Source: an archaeon
Lineage (GTDB): Archaea > Iainarchaeota > Iainarchaeia > Iainarchaeales > Iainarchaeaceae
Assembly: GCA_035289625.1 (NCBI GenBank)
Contig: DATDWP010000021.1
Location: 16,053 to 80,052 of the forward strand
Direction of reading: 5' to 3'
DNA: 64,000 bases
Shown here: positions 39,590-49,058 of the stretch, piece by piece
Layout of the letters: each line of letters opens with the position of its first letter
Numbering within the stretch: position 1 is the first letter of the stretch
Position numbers and translations under genes: made by a program
The notes under the pieces: generated by a model
The model's input: the letters and a program-made list of their open reading frames with translations, nothing else
Databases searched by the model: none
What the model was told of the DNA's origin: nothing

Positions 39590-39888
39590 AATGCACAAAA
39601 TGCTCAGGTAAAATGGCCGAAAAAAAAGACATAACAAATGACGGTGTTGAATACACATATTTTGAGTGTAAAAATTGTGGGGAGCAGATAGTCAACATGA
39701 AACAACTCCATGAAATGGCGGCAAGATATGGGGAAATGAAAAAATATACAGCAAAACTCTCTAAATGGGGGGAGAGCATAGGACTTAGGATCCCAAAAGA
39801 GCTAGCCAAAGAATATGGACTTGAAAAAGATACGGAAGTGTCTTTAATACCGGAAAAAAAAGCAATAAGGATAATAACAACAAAATAA
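39586..39888 (+). CDS. Zn-ribbon plus AbrB/SpoVT/MazE-type swapped-hairpin antitoxin-like protein
   Basis: MKCTKCSG...CKNCG (CxxC x2), then LSKWGESIGLRIPKELAKEYGL (SpoVT/AbrB motif). ATG preceded by AAGGAGGG. Overlaps the upstream stop by 4 nt. Confidence 0.55.
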   Translation: MKCTKCSGKMAEKKDITNDGVEYTYFECKNCGEQIVNMKQLHEMAARYGEMKKYTAKLSKWGESIGLRIPKELAKEYGLEKDTEVSLIPEKKAIRIITTK

Positions 39889-39889
39889 T

Positions 39890-40816
39890 TTACCTGCACT
39901 GCCCGCTGCCACTATCAGTAAAGCTCTGCCCCTGCACACTAATAAATTCCCATTCATAGCCGGAAGGTTTTAGCTCTAGGCGCAAAATTCCAAAAGAGCC
40001 AAATTCTTGCACCTCACTATTTTGTGAAATATTTCCAAATGGGCGCAGGCTCTTTCCACCAGCCCCTACAACAAAAGACCTCATGCCTTGTGAATTTATA
40101 TTTCCCAGTGAATCCATTGGGGCAAACCTTTCATAATCATGGTCATGGCCAGCTAACACAATATCTGTCCCGCCATTGTAAAGAGCCGCCCAAATATCTT
40201 GCATAAAAGTACTGTCCCCGTGCTCAGACCCAGAACTGTAGCGCGGATGGTGGAAATATGCAACAGTGCATTTTACATCTTTATTTAGTTCAAGATCATC
40301 TAAAAGCCACCTATACTGGGCAGACCCTTGCAAGCATCCGCCAACTGAAGCGCAATTGCTATTTAGTACAATTGCATGCCACTTGCCAATATCATAGCTA
40401 TAATACCCGCGCGAAGAATCTCCTGCAACGCTGCCAAAATAATCATAGTAGCCCTTTGCTCTTGAAGTATAATATTCATGATTTCCAACAGATGGCATTG
40501 TTCTCAATTTGTGCCTTCCCCAACTAGGCTCATAGCAATTTGAAAATTCGGATGCAGAACCCGCTTCATACACATTATCACCTAACGTAAAGACCGTGCC
40601 GTTCTGAACATCAAGAAGCTGCGCTATTTTCTCATCGCCAACACTTTCACACGAAGCAATATCCCCAGCTCCGCTAAAATTCACATCATTTGCCAAAGGC
40701 TCTATGTGCAAAATATTATGTCCTTCTTGCGAGAGTGGAGTTGGCACTAGAAATAAAACAACCACAATTAGTAAAGAGAGAAAAAATCCAATTAGCAATT
40801 TTATTTTTCCCACCAT
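39890..40816 (-). CDS. Calcineurin-like metallophosphoesterase (purple-acid-phosphatase-like), N-terminally membrane anchored
   Basis: GDNVYEAGS, GNHEY and GHDHDYERF metal-ligand motifs; N-terminal TM. 308 aa. Confidence 0.7.
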   Translation of the reverse strand: MVGKIKLLIGFFLSLLIVVVLFLVPTPLSQEGHNILHIEPLANDVNFSGAGDIASCESVGDEKIAQLLDVQNGTVFTLGDNVYEAGSASEFSNCYEPSWGRHKLRTMPSVGNHEYYTSRAKGYYDYFGSVAGDSSRGYYSYDIGKWHAIVLNSNCASVGGCLQGSAQYRWLLDDLELNKDVKCTVAYFHHPRYSSGSEHGDSTFMQDIWAALYNGGTDIVLAGHDHDYERFAPMDSLGNINSQGMRSFVVGAGGKSLRPFGNISQNSEVQEFGSFGILRLELKPSGYEWEFISVQGQSFTDSGSGQCR

Positions 40817-40858
40817 AAAAATATCTAACCCCTATTAAAATTTTTTATACTTCAAAAT

Positions 40859-42109
40859 TCATTTATCATGTACGCGCAAAAAAAGGCATTTCAAATACGA
40901 GCCAAAGCGCTTTGTGTAAGCCGGAACTAGGTGGTCTTTTGCTGAAAATCGCATTTCAATAATCTCAGCCCTCTTGCTGGCATGGTTTGCAGCATCTACA
41001 ATAACTGAAATGAATTCATCATAAGAAAGCCCTGCACTACAAGAACTTGTAACAAGAATCCCGCCACTTTTTAGAAGTTTCATGCAATTATAATTTATCT
41101 GATGGTATGCCTTTTTGCCTAGCCGAAGGTTCCCGGGTTTTTGTACAAAAGCCGGAGGGTCTAGGGAAATAACATCAAACCGCTCCGGGCGCGACATCAA
41201 TTTATTCGTCTCATCAAAAGCCTTCCCTTCAATAAAAGTGATCTTATCTTCAAGTCCGTTTAACTTTGCGTTTCTTTTGGCCTGCAAAATCGCCTCCGGC
41301 AGATCAATCATTGTAACATTTGCTCCAGCTCTTGCTGCATGCAAGCCAAATCCGCCCGTATAGGAGAACACATCAAGCATCTTTGTGCCATTATTGCAGT
41401 ACTTTTCAATCGCCGCCCTATTTTCCGATTGGTCTAAATAAAACCCGGTTTTGTGGCCGCGCAGCACGTCAACTTCAAATTTTACCCTCCCCTGCTCAAT
41501 TACTGTTTGCACCTTTGGTTTTCCTAGTAGAACCCCTTTTAGAGGATCAAGCCCCAAACTTTCCCGGTTCCTAAAATCATTTCGCTCTGCAATTGTGGAA
41601 ATCCCATCTAGGCCTAGAAGAATTTGTGCTATCTGCTGCTTGTACTTCTCAACGCCCATACAAGAGATCTGAAGCGAGCATATATTTTCAAACCGATCAA
41701 CAAGAAGCCCTGGGATTCCATCTGATTCTCCGTAAAATAAGCGATATGTATTTTTGTATCCGAGAATTTTTTGCCTAAATTCATTTGCTTCTACTATTTT
41801 TTTCTCAAAAAAAGATTCATTGATTATTTCTTTTTCATGAAGGCTAATTAGTTGCACCATTGCATGGCTTTTTGGATTTGCAAACCCCTTTGCAATAAAT
41901 TTACCCGTTGCATCAACAATCCATGCAATTTCCCCGGCGGAAATTTCCCCTTTGGATTTTTCAATTTGCTTTGGACCTAGCACACGCAATCCTTTGCGAA
42001 TTTCTAACTCTATTGCTTTTGAAACAAAAAACTTTGGCACCTGCAATTTATCTACCATAATCATCGCGCAAAAAATTCCTTCATCTTGCTCCAATAGTGC
42101 TCTATCCAA
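40859..42109 (-). CDS. PUA-domain SAM-dependent RNA methyltransferase (RlmI/COG1092-like)
   Basis: 416 aa. N-terminal PUA-like region, SAM motif VLDVFSYTGGFGLHAA, acidic post-I motif ID. 49-nt overlap with the downstream ORF track entry. Confidence 0.7.
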   Translation of the reverse strand: MDRALLEQDEGIFCAMIMVDKLQVPKFFVSKAIELEIRKGLRVLGPKQIEKSKGEISAGEIAWIVDATGKFIAKGFANPKSHAMVQLISLHEKEIINESFFEKKIVEANEFRQKILGYKNTYRLFYGESDGIPGLLVDRFENICSLQISCMGVEKYKQQIAQILLGLDGISTIAERNDFRNRESLGLDPLKGVLLGKPKVQTVIEQGRVKFEVDVLRGHKTGFYLDQSENRAAIEKYCNNGTKMLDVFSYTGGFGLHAARAGANVTMIDLPEAILQAKRNAKLNGLEDKITFIEGKAFDETNKLMSRPERFDVISLDPPAFVQKPGNLRLGKKAYHQINYNCMKLLKSGGILVTSSCSAGLSYDEFISVIVDAANHASKRAEIIEMRFSAKDHLVPAYTKRFGSYLKCLFLRVHDK

Positions 42110-42453
42110 CCAGCCTTTATTTCTTCAAAAAATTCTTCAGGGACATTGCTGTGCGTGAACTTGAGTTTTGTTTTCGATCCCTTTTGCTCAAATTCAAAAA
42201 TAACTTCTGAATAATGCCCCTTAGGCCAATCAGAAGCATGCCAGCTTTGCACAACTTTCTCGCCAGGAATTAATTCAATAGTCGTACCTTCAATATAACC
42301 ATCATATGCACTAAATGAGTCACCAGTATTTTTACCTATTTTACACTCACTTTGCGTAAAAGCCGAATGCTTTTTTGAATCCATAAGGCAATCATACACA
42401 TCCTTTGCAGATGCCTCAAATTTCACAACCTGCCTAATAGTTTTGGTTTTCAT
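42061..42453 (-). CDS. SRPBCC / AHSA1 (activator of Hsp90 ATPase homologue)-family protein
   Basis: 130 aa. SWHASDWPKGHYSEVIFEF...KLKFTHSNVPEE pattern typical of AHSA1-like domains. Confidence 0.5.
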   Translation of the reverse strand: MKTKTIRQVVKFEASAKDVYDCLMDSKKHSAFTQSECKIGKNTGDSFSAYDGYIEGTTIELIPGEKVVQSWHASDWPKGHYSEVIFEFEQKGSKTKLKFTHSNVPEEFFEEIKAGWIEHYWSKMKEFFAR

Positions 42454-42491
42454 ATTATCGCTTTAGTTCTTTTCTTTTTTCGCCAAGGTTT

Positions 42492-42517
42492 CCTGGCAGA
42501 ACGTCTGTTCTGTCAGG
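42492..42517. repeat. 11-bp inverted repeat / hairpin with 4-nt loop
   Basis: CCTGGCAGAAC-GTCT-GTTCTGTCAGG (one G-T). Sits between the tRNA and the SRPBCC gene. Confidence 0.3.
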
Positions 42518-42558
42518 CCCACAAAACCTTCAAGTTTTGCTTGCTTTCTCTTCTTTCC

Positions 42559-42578
42559 AAGAAAAGAAAAAAGGTTGT
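42559..42578 (-). terminator. Oligo-T tract immediately 3' of the tRNA (archaeal-type terminator)
   Basis: Minus strand reads CCTTTTTTCTTTTCTTGG directly after the tRNA discriminator base. Confidence 0.35.
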
Positions 42579-42580
42579 GA

Positions 42581-42700
42581 TGGGATTGCCCGGATTTGAA
42601 CCGGGGTCGTAAGCTCATTTGAAGGCATTCTTGCAAAAGCACGTTTTGCCGAAAAACCCTCCCAAAGCTTATATGCTAGACCAGGCTACACCACAATCCC
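42581..42700 (-). tRNA. Intron-containing tRNA (~42-nt intron), anticodon most likely GGG (Pro) if the intron sits at the canonical 37/38 position
   Basis: Reverse complement GGGATTG-TG-GTGT-AGCCTGGTCTAGC-ATAT-AAGCT-TTGGGA[intron]G-AGCTT-ACGA-CCCGG-TTCAAAT-CCGGG-CAATCCC-A. Perfect 7-bp acceptor stem and canonical T-arm. Oligo-T tract immediately 3' on the minus strand. Confidence 0.55.
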
Positions 42701-42724
42701 GCTGAAATAAAACGTACGGCAATG

Positions 42725-42735
42725 CTTTTTTAAAA
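42725..42735 (-). promoter_or_regulatory. TATA-box-like element about 25-35 nt upstream of the tRNA at 42700
   Basis: Minus strand reads CTTTTAAAAAAG centred about -29 relative to the tRNA 5' end, with a G/C-rich (BRE-like) GCCGCC just upstream. Confidence 0.3.
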
Positions 42736-42791
42736 GGCGGCAAAAGAGCGAAAAGAAGCTATTTTAAGATATAAAACCCCCTAATTTTAGC

Positions 42792-44657
42792 ATGCAATTT
42801 CTCGAACTTGCACTTTATTTTGAAAAAGTCGAAAAGGCCAGTTCGCGCATCGAAATGACTCAAATCCTCTCTGAACTTCTCGCAAAAGCCCCCCAGCAGG
42901 ACATAAAACAGATCATTTACCTCTCCCAAGGGGTTTTGGGCCCCCGCTATGAGGAGGCATTGGAAGCCGGACTTGGGGAAGGGCTTATAGTAGAAGGGAT
43001 AGCAAAGGCCCTAGGGTATAGTAATGAAGAAGTAAAGGCGCTTTATAAAAAAATAGGGGATTTAGGGGAAGTTGCCCAAAACCTTGGGGCAAAAAAGAAG
43101 CAAAAATCACTCTTTGCAAATGACCTAACAGTTGAAAAAGTGTTCAATAATTTCATAAAAATCTCGCAACTTTCAGGAAAAGGCAGCCAGGAGCACAAAC
43201 TCAAAATGTTTGCAGAGCTTCTAAACAGCGCCTCGGGAATTGAATCAAAATTCATCACAAGAATCCCCCTAGGAAATATGCGCCTTGGAATCGGGGACCC
43301 TACCATAATGGATGCGCTTGCACTAAATTACCGAGAAGAATTTTTGAAAGATAAAAAAATCAAAAAACAAATCGAATCAGAACTCAAGGAAAAAAAAGAA
43401 GAAGCGCGCGAAGAGGAATTTGCAAGAAAATCAAAACAGAGGCTGCGCGAAGTGATCGAATCCAAATACAACATCTTTTCAGATCTTGGGGAAATTGCAC
43501 GCAAATTAAAAGAATCCGGCCTTTCCGGGCTGTCTCAAATTTCAATAAAACCGGCAACACCAATTCGCCCCACTCTAGCAGAAAGATTATCCAGCGCAGA
43601 AGAAATTGTGGAAAAACTCGGAATGTGCGCTGTTGAAAAAAAATATGACGGCCTTAGGGTGCAGTGCCACAAATCAGGGGAGAAGGTTACAATATTTTCC
43701 CGCCAATCGGAAAACATCACCCACATGCTCCCGGATATTGTGCAAGCCGTAAAATCGCAAATTAGTGCAAAAGATGCAATATTTGAAGGTGAGGCGCTTG
43801 CCTTCAATGAAAAAACAAACCAATACCTTCCGTTCCAAGTTACAATCCAGCGCAAGAGAAAATATGATGTTGAGCAAATGGCACAGGATTTTCCGCTAAG
43901 GCTTTTTGCATTTGACATAATGTATGCTGACGGAGTAAATATGATGGCAAAACCATTTTCCGAGAGGCGAAAAATGCTCTCAAAATTAATTTCAAAAGGC
44001 CCAATAATCGAACTCACCGGGAGCATTCAAACGAATGATCCTAAAGAAATGGAAAAATTTTTCCTAGAAAGCATTGAAAATGGGCTTGAAGGAATAATTG
44101 CAAAAGACCTAAATGCCCCATATATTGCCGGCGCAAGAAAATACGCCTGGATTAAATTAAAACGCTCATATAAAGGCGAACTAACTGATTCGGTTGATGT
44201 TGCAATAATAGGATATTTCAAAGGCAGGGGAAAGCGGACACAATTTGGCCTTGGAGGTCTTCTTAGCGCAGTGTATGATGAGGATAGCGACACATTCAAA
44301 TCGGTTACAAAAATAGGCACGGGAATGAGCGAGGAAATGTTAGAAGAACTCGAATCAAAACTTAGCAAAATCTCCCAAAAGCAAAAACCCGCACGGGTTG
44401 AAAGTGAAATAGAACCAGATGTCTGGACGACCCCGCATTATGTAATAGAAGTTGTAGCTGATGAAATCACCAAAAGCCCCCTACATACAGCTGGCCGTGG
44501 AAAGGATGGCATTGGATATGCGCTACGTTTCCCTCGCATGATAAAATTTCGCGACAAAAAAGCAGAAGATAGCACCTCGGTATCTGAAATAATTGAAATG
44601 TATAAAAAGCAAGGAAAGGTGCAAATAGCTACTGAAGAGACAACTCCTGATACATAG
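42792..44657 (+). CDS. lig: ATP-dependent DNA ligase (archaeal LigB/Lig1 type)
   Basis: 621 aa. Adenylation motif I KYDGLRVQ (KxDG), N-terminal DNA-binding domain and C-terminal OB-fold. Confidence 0.85.
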   Translation: MQFLELALYFEKVEKASSRIEMTQILSELLAKAPQQDIKQIIYLSQGVLGPRYEEALEAGLGEGLIVEGIAKALGYSNEEVKALYKKIGDLGEVAQNLGAKKKQKSLFANDLTVEKVFNNFIKISQLSGKGSQEHKLKMFAELLNSASGIESKFITRIPLGNMRLGIGDPTIMDALALNYREEFLKDKKIKKQIESELKEKKEEAREEEFARKSKQRLREVIESKYNIFSDLGEIARKLKESGLSGLSQISIKPATPIRPTLAERLSSAEEIVEKLGMCAVEKKYDGLRVQCHKSGEKVTIFSRQSENITHMLPDIVQAVKSQISAKDAIFEGEALAFNEKTNQYLPFQVTIQRKRKYDVEQMAQDFPLRLFAFDIMYADGVNMMAKPFSERRKMLSKLISKGPIIELTGSIQTNDPKEMEKFFLESIENGLEGIIAKDLNAPYIAGARKYAWIKLKRSYKGELTDSVDVAIIGYFKGRGKRTQFGLGGLLSAVYDEDSDTFKSVTKIGTGMSEEMLEELESKLSKISQKQKPARVESEIEPDVWTTPHYVIEVVADEITKSPLHTAGRGKDGIGYALRFPRMIKFRDKKAEDSTSVSEIIEMYKKQGKVQIATEETTPDT

Positions 44658-44743
44658 CCAAGTGAGCGGGTATTTGTTAAAACCGCCTTTCAAATCTTGA
44701 GGCAAAAAAGTCACAATTCAAAAGACCAGAAAGGGCACATCAG

Positions 44744-45088
44744 ATGGCAGGCAAGGAATTTCGGCTTTTGAGGCAGAAAGATAAATATGGGTTAGCACAT
44801 CTATTAACCTATATGAAAAATTCCTTTTACTGGATTGAAAAAGCAATATATCTTGCAATAGGGTTTGCTGCAACAATATTTTTCCTCTACCTCTTCAAAA
44901 TATGGGGGGTTGAGAAGAACAGCTACTTTCTTTTCGTTGGCGATCTTGAGAGCGTAATAATTGTACTTGCAACCACTTTTGCAATAGGATTGATTTTGGA
45001 AAAACTCTGGAAATGGGAAGTGCGCTCCATATTCAAGCCGCGCCAGGCAAATTCTAGAGGTGATCGGAAATGGAGAATTCGCCACTAA
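44744..45088 (+). CDS. Small membrane protein, hypothetical
   Basis: 114 aa with two hydrophobic helices and a basic tail. Confidence 0.35.
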   Translation: MAGKEFRLLRQKDKYGLAHLLTYMKNSFYWIEKAIYLAIGFAATIFFLYLFKIWGVEKNSYFLFVGDLESVIIVLATTFAIGLILEKLWKWEVRSIFKPRQANSRGDRKWRIRH

Positions 45089-46002
45089 AACTGCTTGTAA
45101 CAATAATAGTTGCAGCGGCCCTAATCTATCTTGCAATCGGATATTTTGCCCCTCCAAATGATAAGAATTTAGATGAAGTGAAAAACGGCCTAGCTTATGC
45201 GCAGGCAAATGAGGGAGAATTGCATAAAATCGAACTCTTTTTGCAAAAAGATTTTGCCCTAAAAGGCTCGCTTCTAGATGATCCTTCACGCAGCGTGCGA
45301 TTTGAGTGCAGTAGCAGCCAAACATGCTCAGCTGACGGGATAGAAATTGACCCGCGACAAGTTTTTGTAACAGAGCAAGGACCCCATGAGATATATTTCA
45401 GATGCAAAAATGAAGGAGAGATAGATGATTGCGTGATCTATTTTGGGCAAGAGCCGGCCCAGCTTTTAATTGAAAGAGTGAATGTAACAAAGAGCGCAAA
45501 ACGCGGTGAAGTAGTTTCAATTTCATTTGAAATAAAAAATACCGGAAATCTCACCGCGCACGATCTAACTCATGAGGTAAAAATATACCTAAAAAATAAG
45601 GATGAAAACGGAAGGCAAATAGAGCTGCTTTCGCAAAACTTTACAGGCACAATTGAGACACTTCTAAGAAACGAATCAACAACTATTTTGCGCCAATTTT
45701 CACCAACCGGCCCCGGCAAATACTCGGTAAAAATAATTGCAGACGGGGAAATTTCCGGAAGATCAGTTGCAGAAGATGAATTTGAAGTAATTGAATCAAT
45801 TTCACAGAGCTGCACTGCAACTTCAATCGGAAAAACAACACTTGAAAACGGAGTGTGCAAAACAGAGCACCTTTGCAGCGGATGCGAATTTGGGTTTGAG
45901 TGCTCTACAAAATGGAAAGAGCGCGGAATTGAAAATATTTCAGAATCATTCCCAAACACAGCATACACCCAAAAAGAACCAATAGATGGACAGTGCCAAT
46001 AA
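45070..46002 (+). CDS. Membrane-anchored extracellular protein with CARDB-like beta-sandwich segment and Cys-rich C-terminus
   Basis: N-terminal anchor LLVTIIVAAALIYLAIGYF; VVSISFEIKNTGNLTAHDLTHEVKIYL resembles CARDB; 8 Cys in the last 70 aa. Confidence 0.4.
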   Translation: MENSPLKLLVTIIVAAALIYLAIGYFAPPNDKNLDEVKNGLAYAQANEGELHKIELFLQKDFALKGSLLDDPSRSVRFECSSSQTCSADGIEIDPRQVFVTEQGPHEIYFRCKNEGEIDDCVIYFGQEPAQLLIERVNVTKSAKRGEVVSISFEIKNTGNLTAHDLTHEVKIYLKNKDENGRQIELLSQNFTGTIETLLRNESTTILRQFSPTGPGKYSVKIIADGEISGRSVAEDEFEVIESISQSCTATSIGKTTLENGVCKTEHLCSGCEFGFECSTKWKERGIENISESFPNTAYTQKEPIDGQCQ

Positions 46003-46039
46003 TCTGCTCTACTCGCTCAATTGTTATATAATACTTATT

Positions 46040-47242
46040 ATGGAAGTAAAAATCATGCTCCTTAAGAATTGCAGATACATTGTAACGCAAAACAAAAACC
46101 GCACCATCCTGCAAAATTATGATGTTCTAATTGATGGAAATAGGATTTTAAAAGTAGGGAAAAACCTAAACGCAGGGGCAAAAATCGATTGCTCAAAAAA
46201 AATAGTAATGCCGGGGCTTGTAAATACCCACACACATCTCGGAATGCACTCGCTTCGCGGGATGAATGATGAGAGCGAACTATTCGAGTGGCTAAAATCT
46301 CTAAAAGAACAAGAACAAAAAATGGGTGCAAAAAAAGTAAAAGAGAACACTGCTGCCGGGCTTATTGAAGCTGTGCGATTTGGCACTACTACAATTTATG
46401 ATTCCTACAAATTCCCCAATGAGCGAACAGAAGAATTTGAAAAACTTGGGGTGCGCGGCGTAATATCTTCAACAGTAAAAGACAAAAAGAGCCTGCAACA
46501 ATCACAAGAATTTCTCAAATCAAATAAAGCAAAACTTGTAAAGGGCGCAATTGCTGCAAACTCTATTTATAGCTGCGAAGAGGAAATATTGCAAAAAGTA
46601 GTAGAATATAGTGATAAGCACTCAATTTTGCGCAGAATACACGTAGGGGAAACACGATCTGAGCGTTTTGATACTTTCAAAAAAACCGGAAAACTTGCAA
46701 TAGAATACCTCGATTCGTTAGGATTTCTTTCTTCTAATTCACTTCTTGTTCACTGCATTTGGATAACAAAAGGGGAAATCAAAAGGATTGCAAATGCAAA
46801 CGCTAAAGTTGCCCACAACCCTGTTTCGAATATGAAACTAGCATCAGGCGGAGTGATGCCGCTTGTTGAAATGCTGCGCGAACATATTAGCGTGGGGCTT
46901 GGAACAGACGGAGTTGCCAGCAACAATAACCTTGACATGTTTGAGGAGATGAAAATGTGCGCACTTTTGCACAAACACCACAAATGGGACCCAAAAGCAA
47001 TAAGCGCCCAGAAAGTTCTTGACATGGCAACAATTGACGGAGCGCAGTGTTTGGGCTTTGGGGAAATAGGTTCAATTGAACAAGGAAAACTAGCAGACAT
47101 TATCACGCTTGAAATCGGGGCAAATATGACACCTGTAAATGATGTTGTTTCTAATATAGTGTATGCTGCAAATGGGTTCAACACATCAGATGTTATAATT
47201 GACGGGAAAACCATTATGCAAAATCGGCAATTTACAAAATAA
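46040..47242 (+). CDS. Amidohydrolase of the TRZ/ATZ family (MTA/SAH deaminase MtaD-like)
   Basis: MPGLVNTHTHLGMHSLRG (HxH metal site) plus further His/Asp ligands. The start was moved to ATG 46040 to avoid overlap; the ORF track starts at 45986. Confidence 0.7.
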   Translation: MEVKIMLLKNCRYIVTQNKNRTILQNYDVLIDGNRILKVGKNLNAGAKIDCSKKIVMPGLVNTHTHLGMHSLRGMNDESELFEWLKSLKEQEQKMGAKKVKENTAAGLIEAVRFGTTTIYDSYKFPNERTEEFEKLGVRGVISSTVKDKKSLQQSQEFLKSNKAKLVKGAIAANSIYSCEEEILQKVVEYSDKHSILRRIHVGETRSERFDTFKKTGKLAIEYLDSLGFLSSNSLLVHCIWITKGEIKRIANANAKVAHNPVSNMKLASGGVMPLVEMLREHISVGLGTDGVASNNNLDMFEEMKMCALLHKHHKWDPKAISAQKVLDMATIDGAQCLGFGEIGSIEQGKLADIITLEIGANMTPVNDVVSNIVYAANGFNTSDVIIDGKTIMQNRQFTK

Positions 47243-47256
47243 CCCGCTTTGTAAAA

Positions 47257-47940
47257 TCATTTTGCAACAACTTTTGCCTCGATTATTTCAAGAATGCCGC
47301 TATTTTGAGAACCCATGACTTTTTTTGTTTTCACAAGTTCGATCCTCTTTTTAAAAATTGGGCCATCAACAACAAAGCTCTCATACTCTCCGCCTTCGCC
47401 GGCTATATGGAAGTCGTATTTTTTGTGCAGATCAGAAAATGACCCTATCATTTTTTCATCAATTTTTTTTCCTAAAAATTCCTCCCCCATCCCTTGAGAG
47501 GCAACACCTACAATGCGCGCATCAAACCCTAGAGAAACAATTTCTCGCAAAAGCCTCTCTTGCTCTTTGTGCCAGAGCGGAGCGTAGCACTTGAGGCCCA
47601 AAGAGTGGCAAATTCTATTCACGCGCTCGTGTTGATAATCCGATAGCAGCGCTCCCAGAGCAACCCCTGTTATTTTGAATTTTTTCTTTGCACGTAAAAG
47701 CGCCTTTTTCAAATCCAAAAGTTCGCTCTCTTTTTCACCCTTGGTTTTCTGGACAATTAATGGAATTGCAAGTGCCTCTGATTGCAGAGTTGTCAACTCT
47801 ATTGCAGGGGTGTGAAACATCCAACTCGACTTGTTTTCAGATTGCAAAGAGATGAGGCATTTTACATCCCACCCTTGCTCTAGGTAGTAATAAGTGGCGA
47901 AAACCGAATCCTTGCCTCCGGAAAAGAGAATTCCAAGCAT
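47257..47940 (-). CDS. PP-loop ATPase of the Dph6 / MJ0570 family (diphthine-ammonia ligase-like)
   Basis: N-terminal PP-loop MLGILFSGGKDSVFATYY. 227 aa. Confidence 0.6.
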   Translation of the reverse strand: MLGILFSGGKDSVFATYYYLEQGWDVKCLISLQSENKSSWMFHTPAIELTTLQSEALAIPLIVQKTKGEKESELLDLKKALLRAKKKFKITGVALGALLSDYQHERVNRICHSLGLKCYAPLWHKEQERLLREIVSLGFDARIVGVASQGMGEEFLGKKIDEKMIGSFSDLHKKYDFHIAGEGGEYESFVVDGPIFKKRIELVKTKKVMGSQNSGILEIIEAKVVAK

Positions 47941-48151
47941 TATGAATTTTACAAATCATGAAATTATAAAACAACATTACGAAGGCATTATGATTTGGCT
48001 TTTGTGCAAAATACCCTAAAGATGGAAATTATAACTGCCCTATAGGCCTCAACCCGGGTTTTTTGGTACCCTTCAAAAAAGATCTTTGGCCGGGCAATCA
48101 TTTAATAAAAATTATCTTCTTTTCAATATTAGCCGTTAAAGAGGGGAAAAA

Positions 48152-49054
48152 TTGGGATATGAAAAAGATCTACTGGTTCTGCCATTCGACCACAAAACAT
48201 CGCTTCTAAAAAAACTCTTTGGAATAGAGGGCAGGCCGCCAACAAAAGAAGAGGCAGAGCAGTACTCATCGCTAAAGGAAATGGTGTATGAGGGATTTTT
48301 GGAGAGCCTCAAACTTGGGGTACCCAAACAAACCGCCGCAGTTTTAGTTGATGAACAGTTTGGCGCAAAAATACTAAAGGATGCAAAATCAAAAGGGATA
48401 ATGACCTGCACCCCGATAGAGAAGAGTGGGCAGGACGAATTTAATTTTGAAGAAGAGAACTTCAAGGCGCAAATACAGCGAATCGACCCAACAATTGTAA
48501 AAGTGCTAGTACGCTACAACCCTGAAAATGACAAATCACTCAACACCCGCCAGCTTGAAAGGCTAAAGCAGGTTAGCGATTATGTAAAAGAAATCGGGAA
48601 AAAATTCATGTTTGAACTACTAGTACCAGCAACTGAAGGGCAGCTGAAAAATTCAGGAAATGATAAGGCAAAATATGATCTTGAAATTCGCCCCAAAGTA
48701 ATGGTTCGCGCCTTAAAAGAAATCCAGGATTTTGGAGTTGAACCGGATATTTGGAAACTTGAAGGAGTTGAGAGGATTGAAGATTCAAAAGCGCTTGTTG
48801 CACAGGCAAAATCCGGAAAAAGAAGCGCCGGAATAATTACACTTGGAAGAGGGGAAGACCCACAAAAAGTAAAAGATTGGCTAAAGGTTGGCGCAAAAGT
48901 AAAAGGGATAATAGGTTTTGCAGTTGGAAGGACGGTTTTTTGGGAGCCGATGAAAAACCTGCACGAGAAGAAGATCTCACGCAAAGAGGCCGTAGTGCAA
49001 GTTGCCCAAAATTACAAAACACTTGTTGATTTGTGGACTTCTGAGAGGAAGTGA
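48152..49054 (+). CDS. TIM-barrel class I aldolase-like protein (LacD/DUF2090-like), tentative
   Basis: 300 aa. DIWKLEG and GIIGFAVGRTVFW motifs resemble those families. Weak call. Confidence 0.3.
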   Translation: MGYEKDLLVLPFDHKTSLLKKLFGIEGRPPTKEEAEQYSSLKEMVYEGFLESLKLGVPKQTAAVLVDEQFGAKILKDAKSKGIMTCTPIEKSGQDEFNFEEENFKAQIQRIDPTIVKVLVRYNPENDKSLNTRQLERLKQVSDYVKEIGKKFMFELLVPATEGQLKNSGNDKAKYDLEIRPKVMVRALKEIQDFGVEPDIWKLEGVERIEDSKALVAQAKSGKRSAGIITLGRGEDPQKVKDWLKVGAKVKGIIGFAVGRTVFWEPMKNLHEKKISRKEAVVQVAQNYKTLVDLWTSERK

Positions 49055-49058
49055 TTGC

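Noticed and set aside
38624-42700. Reading both tRNA anticodons as GGG
   Set aside because: Two identical Pro(GGG) isoacceptors are unlikely. An alternative register of the first tRNA's anticodon stem (GGCAC/GTGTC) gives loop CUUGGGG and anticodon UGG, which is preferred. Exact intron boundaries remain uncertain.
45986-46039. The ORF-track start (45986) of the amidohydrolase, which would overlap the upstream secreted-protein gene
   Set aside because: The N-terminal 18 codons (MDSANNLLYSLNCYIILI) are hydrophobic junk and overlap the previous gene. ATG at 46040 (MEVKIMLLKN…) gives a canonical amidohydrolase N-terminus.
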